Positions 6,048 to 12,244 of a stretch of 12,244 bases of DNA are shown one piece after another. The stretch lies in IMG/VR virus record IMGVR_UViG_2681813321_000010; one strand, written 5' to 3'. The notes under the pieces were generated by a model that did no database searches, was not told the DNA's origin, and was given only the letters and a program-made list of their open reading frames with translations. The translations under genes and the position numbers were made by a program. The stretch is from a virus. Lineage: Duplodnaviria > Heunggongvirae > Uroviricota > Caudoviricetes. Position 1 is the stretch's first letter; the number at the start of each line of letters is the position of its first letter.

Positions 6048-6092
6048 TGACTTAGGTATCCCGCGCACATTACTGTTAGGAATATCTAACAA
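6048..6092. promoter_or_regulatory. dicA'/dicC' control region. Contains a candidate -35 TTGACT (6048-6053) and the imperfect 8+4+8 palindrome cTGTTAGGaataTCTAACAa (6073-6092), directly upstream of the dicC' GAGGGGG Shine-Dalgarno.
   Basis: Read from the sequence. 6 of 8 arm positions are complementary. Confidence 0.4.
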
Positions 6093-6104
6093 GAGGGGGC
6101 TTTG

Positions 6105-6332
6105 ATGCTTAAAGTTGACGCAATTACTTTTTTTGGCAGCAAAACAAAACTTGCCAATGCCGCAGGAGTGAAACTGGCAAGTGTTGCTGCATGGGGGGAA
6201 CTGGTTCCTGAAGGTCGCGCGATGCGCCTGCAAGAGGCATCCGGCGGGGAACTTCAGTACGACCCCAAAGTTTATGACGAATATCGTAAGGCAAAGCGGG
6301 CGGGGCGGTTGAACAATGAAAATCACCCCTGA
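6105..6332 (+). CDS. Second DicC/Cro-like regulator (75 aa from the ATG at 6105). Its N-terminal HTH is diverged and its C-terminal half is identical to DicC.
   Basis: GAGGGGG Shine-Dalgarno. The ORF-track start at 6102 is a TTG one codon upstream. Confidence 0.8.
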   Translation: MLKVDAITFFGSKTKLANAAGVKLASVAAWGELVPEGRAMRLQEASGGELQYDPKVYDEYRKAKRAGRLNNENHP

Positions 6333-6837
6333 ACAGGTTTGTGAGGCTCTGGATGCCTGGGTATGCCGACCAGGAATGACACAGGAGCAGGCGACGATAT
6401 TAATCACGGAAGCATTCTGGGCTCTGAAAGAACGCCCGAACATCGATGTTCAACGCGTCACGTTTAATGATGGCGAGGTTGATCAACGGGCGTTGGGCGT
6501 TAACCGGGTGAAGATATTCGAACGCTGGAAAGCTATCGACACCAGGGATAAGCGGGAAAAATTCACGGCGCTGATTCCGGCAATTATGGAGGCTATCCGG
6601 ATCAGCGATTTCAGGTTGTATTGTGAAATTACTGACGGAAAAAGCATTACGTACATGATCGCCGGGTTAAACAAAGAATATGGTGATGTGGTGGAGTCCG
6701 GGCTGCTTTTTGCGGATCCATCTGTTGTGGAACGTGAGACTGACGAGCTTATAGAAAAAGCTATTGCTTTCAAGCATGCGTATCGTCAGCAATACCAACA
6801 AAAAGCTGGATGGAATTATGAGCCTTCTTTTTGCTGA
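6316..6837 (+). CDS. ydfX: YdfX-like 173-aa protein, module B. It overlaps the dicC' stop by 17 nt, as in module A.
   Basis: About 90% identical to 1939..2460. Confidence 0.6.
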   Translation: MKITPEQVCEALDAWVCRPGMTQEQATILITEAFWALKERPNIDVQRVTFNDGEVDQRALGVNRVKIFERWKAIDTRDKREKFTALIPAIMEAIRISDFRLYCEITDGKSITYMIAGLNKEYGDVVESGLLFADPSVVERETDELIEKAIAFKHAYRQQYQQKAGWNYEPSFC

Positions 6838-7783
6838 ACGCCCACTGGTTATAAACACACAGCTTGCGATGAAGATTGGCTTAAATGAAGCCATTGTGTT
6901 GCAGCAGTTGCATTACTGGTTGAGAGATACCAGTTCCGGTATGGAATGTGACGGGGTTCGCTGGATTTATAACACAACAGAACAATGGCTGGAACAGTTC
7001 CCGTTCTGGTCAGAGTCAACGTTAAAACGCGCATTTGCAAGTCTGAAAACGCTGGGGCTTTTGCGTTGCGAAAAGCTCAACAAATCAAAGCGTGATATGA
7101 CTAATTTTTACACGATTAATTACGAGAGTGAGCTTTTAGATGGTGGCAAAGTGAGCGAATCCATCAGGTCAAAATGCGCCGCTCCATCGGGTCAAAATGA
7201 CACGATGGAAGAGGTCAAAATGGCACGCTCCATTGGTTCAAAACGACCCAATGTCATCGGGTCAAAATGGCCTGATGATCTTACAGAGAATACAACAGAG
7301 ATTACTACAGAGAATAAAAACACTTCTCGTCCGGAAGCTTCGCAACCGGACCCGCAGACGGCTGAACAGGATTTTTTAACCCGACACCCTGACGCGGTTG
7401 TGTTCAGTGCGAAAAAACGCCAGTGGGGAAGTCAGGAAGATTTGGCGTGCGCACAGTGGATCTGGGGACGAATCGTGAGTCTTTACGAGCAGGCTGCCAG
7501 CGATGATGGCGAGATCACGCGACCGAAAGAACCAAACTGGACCGCATGGGCCAATGACGTGCGCACAATGCGGATGCTGGATGGCAGAAGCCACAGACAA
7601 ATTTGCGAAATGTTTGGTCGGGTACAGCGAGATCCATTCTGGGTAAAAAACATCATGAGCCCGTCAAAGCTTCGCGAAAAATGGGACGACCTGGTCATCC
7701 GCCTGGGGCGTTCACCTGTACAGTGTTGTGTGAATCATATTTCTGAACCGGATACCGAAATTCCGCCTGGTTTCAGGGGATAA
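6818..7783 (+). CDS. O-like replication initiator, module B (321 aa from ATG 6818).
   Basis: Paralogue of 2441..3406 with the same overlapping start context. Confidence 0.7.
   Translation: MSLLFAERPLVINTQLAMKIGLNEAIVLQQLHYWLRDTSSGMECDGVRWIYNTTEQWLEQFPFWSESTLKRAFASLKTLGLLRCEKLNKSKRDMTNFYTINYESELLDGGKVSESIRSKCAAPSGQNDTMEEVKMARSIGSKRPNVIGSKWPDDLTENTTEITTENKNTSRPEASQPDPQTAEQDFLTRHPDAVVFSAKKRQWGSQEDLACAQWIWGRIVSLYEQAASDDGEITRPKEPNWTAWANDVRTMRMLDGRSHRQICEMFGRVQRDPFWVKNIMSPSKLREKWDDLVIRLGRSPVQCCVNHISEPDTEIPPGFRG
7167..7327. repeat. ori-like iteron array, module B. Five GGT(C/T)CAAAA(T/C)G repeats (starts 7167, 7190, 7213, 7235, 7260) followed by an AT-rich ACAGAGAATA tract.
   Basis: Counted directly. 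Same periodicity as module A. Confidence 0.6.
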
Positions 7784-7823
7784 GTGGTGATTTTAGGGCA
7801 TAAAGTAATGTTCAGGAGGACTT

Positions 7824-8231
7824 ATGGCAAAAGTATTTACACAGGAAGAGCGGGAAAAAATTAAAGGACAGGTGGTGGAACTCGTGCGCCAGAGCGGTCG
7901 TGAGACGTTACGGCAACTGGAAGCTAAAACAGGTGCGACAAGATATCTGATGAGCGTTCTTGCCAGAGAGCTGGTTGCCAGTGGTGATGTATATCACTCT
8001 GGCTATGGGGTGTTCCCGTCAGAACGGGCTCGTAAGGACTGGCAAAACGCCCGCAAAAAACTCTCGAGGGCAAAGGTGAAGAAACCTGTTGTGGTTGATC
8101 CGGGCCTTATCTGGACATTACCCGACGGAGAAATACGCCGCTACGACAGGCGTATGAACATAATCTGTCGCGAGTGCCGGAAGAGCGAAGTTATGCAGCG
8201 TGTATTGGCGTTCTATCAGGGATATGCCTAG
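7824..8231 (+). CDS. Conserved 135-aa protein downstream of the O-like gene, module B.
   Basis: AGGAGGA Shine-Dalgarno. Paralogue of 3447..3869 with a shorter C-terminus. Confidence 0.6.
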   Translation: MAKVFTQEEREKIKGQVVELVRQSGRETLRQLEAKTGATRYLMSVLARELVASGDVYHSGYGVFPSERARKDWQNARKKLSRAKVKKPVVVDPGLIWTLPDGEIRRYDRRMNIICRECRKSEVMQRVLAFYQGYA

Positions 8232-8277
8232 AATTGTCACAGGTAATGAAATTAAAGAGTATTGGTTCGGATATGAA

Positions 8278-8307
8278 TTGACATTTTCGCGGCACAGAGC
8301 TAAAAAT
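8278..8307 (+). promoter_or_regulatory. Candidate sigma70 promoter at the start of the AT-rich island: TTGACA (8278-8283), a 17-bp spacer and TAAAAAT.
   Basis: Consensus -35 with canonical spacing, read from the sequence. It would give a ~300-nt leader before the SIR2-family ORF. Confidence 0.3.
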
Positions 8308-8599
8308 AGCCTACTTGTTGGTTTTGTGTGAAAAGCAGACATTTTGAGGCTCAGGATTTGTTATCAAATAAGACCAATACTTATCTATATTAATACACAT
8401 TAAATACTGTGCAATACATTATTGCATTTTATTAGATAAGCGATATTTAGGGAAAAGAAAAGTCATAGAAAACAGGCCGCTATTTGTTGTTGGATTTTAT
8501 AGGCTATATCTAGATTATCTTGCCACTGCGGTCTCTGTTTACCTAACAGCTTGGGCTTCTTTGCATGCAAGTTTGTAATAACAAGAGTAATCAAACGGA

Positions 8600-9631
8600 A
8601 TGTCTATTAATCCTAAACTTAAGCGTATCGCGCGACGCTATCCAGCGTTATTCCAATATGAGTCCCCCTATATGGCAAGAAAATTAATAATATTCGGCAA
8701 CGGTCTCGGTATGGCTTTAGATCCTGCTCACTTCTCCTTAGACAGAGCGTTGGAAGAAATTTGGCATCGCCCCAATTTTTTAAAAGATATCCACAAGCAA
8801 CTTATCGAGCGTTGTCTTCAGCGGCAAGGTCCACCAGAAGGAGAACATGAGTTGGATACCCTTCACCAGGCTGTCACATATTGTAAAGCTCTTGCTCAAA
8901 TTGGAGAGGGGAACGTGCATTGGCTTACTGAAGATGGACTAAACTTCCCCAAAATTACCGCCACTTATATTCACAAAGTTGCAACCAGGTTGCATAATTA
9001 CGATAAAGGTTTGCCACAAAGATTCGAAAATGCGCTTGTGGAGTTTGTAAAGAACACACACTCACATATCGCGACATTAAACTATGACAAATTATTATAC
9101 AATTCATTCATAGATAATGATATATTCAACGGGTATGATGGGGTTTTAGTTGATGGGATGCTAAGCCACGGATTTTCCTCTGCAGCGCTCGAACGGAAAT
9201 ACAATCGTAGGTTTGGTTATTATTTGCACTTGCATGGTTCACCACTATTTATTAATCAGCATGAAAATGTTTTAAAACTTTCACGCTCACAACTTACTCT
9301 TGACATAGATGAACCTAGTGAGCATATAGTGTTAACTCATATAAAAAGAAAACCGTCAGTTATAGCAGCATCTAATGTTCTTTCTACGTACTGGGATTAT
9401 TTGCAGTTTGCATTATTTGAATCAGAAGAAATAATATTGTTTGGTTACTCTGGTCTCGATATTCACCTTAACCTGCTTATTCGACCTTACCTAACCTCTA
9501 AGCCTTTAAGAGTAATTGAGTGGAGCGGTGCTGGTGAACAAAACGCTCGTGAGATATATTGGAAAAACCAGTTGAGACGGGAAGTTACTGTAATTAGGTT
9601 GGATAACATCACTGATTTTATTGATTGGTAG
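8600..9631 (+). CDS. Stand-alone SIR2-family (SIR2_2/ThsA-like NAD+-hydrolase fold) protein of 343 aa in an AT-rich island. Candidate anti-phage defence effector.
   Basis: Motifs seen in the translation: LIIFGNGLGMAL (Rossmann-like N-terminal loop), IATLNYD (the TTNYD-type catalytic Asn motif), YLHLHGS (catalytic His motif) and ILFGYSGLD (the FxGYSxxD motif). GC content is clearly lower than in the flanking phage genes. No SLOG, TIR, STAND or HerA partner is encoded nearby. Confidence 0.75.
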   Translation: MSINPKLKRIARRYPALFQYESPYMARKLIIFGNGLGMALDPAHFSLDRALEEIWHRPNFLKDIHKQLIERCLQRQGPPEGEHELDTLHQAVTYCKALAQIGEGNVHWLTEDGLNFPKITATYIHKVATRLHNYDKGLPQRFENALVEFVKNTHSHIATLNYDKLLYNSFIDNDIFNGYDGVLVDGMLSHGFSSAALERKYNRRFGYYLHLHGSPLFINQHENVLKLSRSQLTLDIDEPSEHIVLTHIKRKPSVIAASNVLSTYWDYLQFALFESEEIILFGYSGLDIHLNLLIRPYLTSKPLRVIEWSGAGEQNAREIYWKNQLRREVTVIRLDNITDFIDW

Positions 9632-9701
9632 CGCAATGCGAAGTTAAAGAGGCAGCCTCATATTTATCAGAGCTGGTGTACGTCCAATACAGGAGGTTAT
9701 C

Positions 9702-9791
9702 GTGCTGGTTCTCAAATGCGCGCTGGCTATTGCGGCTGTAGTGGCAATTTATTGTCTTGCTATTGTTCTTATGGATCGCCTTTCTGATTGA
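9702..9791 (+). CDS. Putative 29-aa hydrophobic single-TM peptide (MLVLKCALAIAAVVAIYCLAIVLMDRLSD). GTG start.
   Basis: Consensus AGGAGG 7 nt upstream of the GTG. The product has uniform hydrophobic composition and charged ends. It was not in the ORF track because it is below the size cut-off. Confidence 0.35.
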   Translation: MLVLKCALAIAAVVAIYCLAIVLMDRLSD

Positions 9792-10002
9792 TTTTATATT
9801 GGCGAGGTGACGGGAGTTAAGTAGAATTGCTGCGGGTGCTTGAGGCTGTCTGCCTCGGGCATGCCACCGTAAGGCAGACAGAGAAAAGCCCCAGTTAACA
9901 TTACGCGTCCTGCAAGACGCTTAACATTAATCTGAGGCCCAATCTATGCTTCACAAACGTAGGTTAGCCTCTTACGCGCCGAAAGGCAAGGAGAAGCAGG
10001 CT

Positions 10003-10158
10003 ATGAAGCAGCAAAAGGCGATGTTAATCGCCCTGATCGTCATCTGTTTAACCGTCATAGTGACGGCACTGGTAACGAGGAAAGACCTCTGCGAGGTACG
10101 AATCCGAACCGGCCAGACGGAGGTCGCTGTCTTCACAGCTTACGAACCTGAGGAGTAA
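10003..10158 (+). CDS. hokD: HokD (RelF), a Hok/Gef-family type I toxin of 51 aa. An in-frame upstream start at 9946 gives a 70-codon mok-like reading frame.
   Basis: MKQQKAMLIALIVICLTVIVTALVTRKDLCEVRIRTGQTEVAVFTAYEPEE is recognised as the Hok family and specifically HokD. AAGGAG Shine-Dalgarno. The leader contains a 10-bp-stem hairpin (9846-9881) typical of hok mRNAs. Confidence 0.85.
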   Translation: MKQQKAMLIALIVICLTVIVTALVTRKDLCEVRIRTGQTEVAVFTAYEPEE

Positions 10159-10226
10159 GAGACCAGGCGGGGGAGAAATCCCTCGCCACCGCTGATGTGT
10201 CAGGCATCCTCAACGCACCCGCACTT

Positions 10227-10258
10227 AACCCGCTTCGGCGGGTTTTTGTTTTTATTTT
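10227..10258 (+). terminator. Rho-independent terminator of the hokD transcript.
   Basis: CCCGC-TTCG-GCGGG stem-loop followed by TTTTTGTTTTTATTTT. Confidence 0.8.
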
Positions 10259-10374
10259 CAACGCATTTGAAGTTCTGGACGGTGTCGGAATAGAATCAAA
10301 AATACTTAAGTAGCGCGCAGGGATAAGAGGGATGGTCCCTTAAAGGGGAGAGCTAATTATCCGGAAGGATTCTG

Positions 10375-10626
10375 ATGATGAACATCGAAGAACTGCGTAA
10401 AATTTTTTGTGAAGATGGCCTCTATGCTGTGTGCGTTGAAAATGGAAATATTGTTAGTCATTACCGCATTGTGTGTTTGCGAAAGAATGGGGCTGCGTTA
10501 ATTAATTTTGTGGATGGTCGAGTGACAGACGGATTTATCTTGCGCGAAGGTGAGTTTGTCACTTCATTACAGGCACTGAAAGAGATCGGAATAAAAGCTG
10601 GCTTTTCTGCTTTTTCAGAAGAATAA
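10375..10626 (+). CDS. rem: Rem-like 83-aa protein.
   Basis: Size and position (between hokD and ydfU) match K-12 Qin rem. GGAAGG Shine-Dalgarno. The symbol rests on synteny and length, recalled from memory. Confidence 0.6.
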   Translation: MMNIEELRKIFCEDGLYAVCVENGNIVSHYRIVCLRKNGAALINFVDGRVTDGFILREGEFVTSLQALKEIGIKAGFSAFSEE

Positions 10627-10692
10627 ACTCATCTACAATCTTGCGCGGGGCTGAACTCCCGCTGAGTAACACCGTGCCGCCGGAGGAAACCG

Positions 10693-10971
10693 ATGGCACG
10701 CAACGCAAAATATTACAATCATGATAATTCGACCGTTCTTGCCCACACGCACGAGCGGTATTCTCACGCATTTAAGTCAGACTGGTACCAGCATCCCCCA
10801 TGCACTGAAGAACAGGCCGAATGGCTCATTCAGTGTTACCGCAGGCGCGGATGCGAGGTTAAAAAAGCCCTTAGCCTCGACTACCGTCACTGGATAATCT
10901 CCGTCGGGCTTCCTTACTCCGAACGCCCACCGCGTCTGTCCCGCACATTCCAGCAACGCATCTGGAGGTAA
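10693..10971 (+). CDS. Hypothetical 92-aa protein, translationally coupled to the downstream DUF968 gene.
   Basis: GGAGGA Shine-Dalgarno 5 nt upstream. The stop lies 1 nt before the next gene's start. Confidence 0.55.
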   Translation: MARNAKYYNHDNSTVLAHTHERYSHAFKSDWYQHPPCTEEQAEWLIQCYRRRGCEVKKALSLDYRHWIISVGLPYSERPPRLSRTFQQRIWR

Positions 10972-10972
10972 C

Positions 10973-12022
10973 GTGCGGGTATTACTTCGACCTGTTCTGG
11001 TACCGGAACTCGGGCTGGTGGTCCTTAAGCCCGGTCGCGAATCACTGCCGGTTTTTCATTGCGGCAGGGTGCTGGTGGAGCCGGAACCGAAAAGCATGCG
11101 CGGTCTGCCGTCCGGAGTCGTCCCTGCCGTTCGCCAGCCGCTGGCGGAGGATAAATCATTACTGCCATTTTTCAGCGATGAGCGTGTGATTCGTGCTGCT
11201 GGCGGCGCTGGCGCACTGTCTGACTGGCTCCTGCGTCATGTCAAATCCTGCCAGTGGCCTCATGGTGACTACCATCACAGTGAAACCGTCATACATCGTT
11301 ATGGTACCGGCGCAATGGTGTTGTGCTGGCACTGCGACAACCAGCTGCGCGACCAGACCTCCGAATCACTCGGGCAACTTGCTCACCAAAACCTGTCTGC
11401 ATGGATGATTGACGTCATACGCCATGCAATGAATGGCTCGCAGGAACGGGAATTATCGCTGGCTGAATTATCCTGGTGGGCGATCCGCAATCAGGTGGCG
11501 GACGCGCTACCGGAAGCGGTATTACGTCGTTCGCTGGGGTTGCGTGCGGAAAAAATCCGCTCAATGTACCGTGAAAGCGACATCGTACCGGGAGAGCAGA
11601 CCGCCACCAGCATACTGAAACAGCGCACAAAAAATCTTGCGCCGCTGCCTCACGCCCACCAGCAACAGAACCCGCCACAGGAAAAGACGGTGGTCAGCAT
11701 TGCTGTTGATCCGGAGTCTCCGGAATCTTTAATGAAGCGACCTAAACGTCGCCGTTGGGTAAATGAGAAATATACGCGCTGGGTAAAGACACAGCCGTGT
11801 GCGTGTTGTGGTAAGCCAGCCGACGATCCCCATCACCTGATTGGTCATGGTCAGGGCGGAATAGGGACAAAAGCCCACGATATTTTCACGCTACCGTTGT
11901 GCCGGGAGCATCACAACGAACTTCATGCTGATCCGCTGGCATTTGAAGAAAAGCATGGTTCCCAGATTGATTTAATTTTTCGTTTTCTTGATCGCGCCTT
12001 TGCAACCGGCGTGCTCGGGTAA
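10973..12022 (+). CDS. ydfU: DUF968-family lambdoid protein (YdfU/YdaW-like, 349 aa) with a C-terminal Cys/His-rich HNH-like motif.
   Basis: C-terminus CACCGKPADDPHHLIGHGQGG...LCREHHNELH. GGAGG Shine-Dalgarno before the GTG. Length and synteny with rem and hokD match Qin ydfU. Confidence 0.75.
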   Translation: MRVLLRPVLVPELGLVVLKPGRESLPVFHCGRVLVEPEPKSMRGLPSGVVPAVRQPLAEDKSLLPFFSDERVIRAAGGAGALSDWLLRHVKSCQWPHGDYHHSETVIHRYGTGAMVLCWHCDNQLRDQTSESLGQLAHQNLSAWMIDVIRHAMNGSQERELSLAELSWWAIRNQVADALPEAVLRRSLGLRAEKIRSMYRESDIVPGEQTATSILKQRTKNLAPLPHAHQQQNPPQEKTVVSIAVDPESPESLMKRPKRRRWVNEKYTRWVKTQPCACCGKPADDPHHLIGHGQGGIGTKAHDIFTLPLCREHHNELHADPLAFEEKHGSQIDLIFRFLDRAFATGVLG

Positions 12023-12034
12023 AAGAGGTTACTG

Positions 12035-12244
12035 ATGCGTATAGAGTTTGTTTTGCCTTACCCGCCGACGGTGAACACCTACTGGCGACGTCGTGGCAGC
12101 ACATATTTTGTGTCAAAAGCCGGTGAGCGTTATCGCCGGGATGTGGCACTTATTGTTCGCCAGCAGCGGCTGAAATTAAACCTGTCCGGAAGGCTGGCGA
12201 TAAAGATTATTGCAGAGCCACCGGATAAGCGCCGCCGCGACCTG
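12035..12244 (+). CDS. rusA: RusA-family Holliday-junction resolvase, 5' partial. It runs off the window end.
   Basis: LPYPPTVNTYW...YRRDVALIV...IKIIAEPPDKRRRDL matches the RusA pattern, including the PDxRRRDLDN motif. AAGAGG Shine-Dalgarno. Confidence 0.8.
   Translation, partial: MRIEFVLPYPPTVNTYWRRRGSTYFVSKAGERYRRDVALIVRQQRLKLNLSGRLAIKIIAEPPDKRRRDL

Noticed and set aside
5861-6070. 69-aa minus-strand ORF overlapping dicA' in another frame
   Set aside because: Alternative frame of the dicA' CDS running into the operator region.
8118-8342. 74-aa minus-strand ORF at the module B / island boundary
   Set aside because: It is antisense to the 3' end of the 135-aa gene and has no ribosome-binding site. 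The candidate promoter at 8278-8307 is a better explanation of this region.
8340-8600. Possible retron msr/msd or CRISPR-like structure in the AT-rich leader before the SIR2 gene
   Set aside because: I found only short AT-rich palindromes, for example TGCAATAcatTATTGCA at about 8410-8426. There are no regularly spaced direct repeats and no long a1/a2-type inverted repeats. No reverse transcriptase ORF lies nearby.
10559-10771. 70-aa minus-strand ORF between rem and the 92-aa gene
   Set aside because: It overlaps both flanking plus-strand genes in antisense.
11193-12149. Internal and antisense ORFs within the DUF968 gene (11193..11408, 11415..11678, 11433..11618 and 11886..12149)
   Set aside because: Shadow frames of a GC-rich gene. 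The DUF968 reading frame explains the region.

Overview
The window is a Qin/Kim-type lambdoid prophage early region from an enterobacterium. E. coli is the most likely host, because DicA, DicC, the DicF sRNA and HokD are recognisable by sequence.

The layout is unusual: two tandem immunity-replication modules of about 3.85 kb each (74-3920 and 4456-8290). Each module has this order:
- On the minus strand: dicF sRNA, ydfC, ydfB, ydfA and a DicA-type repressor.
- On the plus strand: a DicC/Cro-type regulator, a 173-aa YdfX-like protein, a 321-aa O-like replication initiator with an iteron array inside the gene, and a conserved 135-140-aa ORF.

The leftmost ~1.06 kb of the two modules is essentially identical, with 5 substitutions that all cluster at the inner end. 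The DicA/DicC/operator core has diverged strongly, to roughly 55% protein identity. Downstream genes are about 90% identical. This points to two hetero-immune modules rather than a fresh duplication.

Two AT-rich accessory islands interrupt the region:
- 3870-4455 sits at the junction between the modules and carries a 141-aa ORF whose last ~30 codons are supplied by the repeat and run antisense over the DicF terminator.
- 8232-9640 carries a stand-alone 343-aa SIR2-family protein with TTNYD-like, HLHGS and FGYSGLD motifs. This is a candidate anti-phage defence moron. It occupies the slot that K-12 Qin fills with relBE, immediately upstream of hokD.

Downstream of the second island lie hokD with its terminator, rem, a 92-aa ORF, the DUF968 protein ydfU and the 5' part of a RusA-family resolvase. 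I found no tRNA, rRNA or CRISPR array, and no sign of an integrase or transposase in the window.
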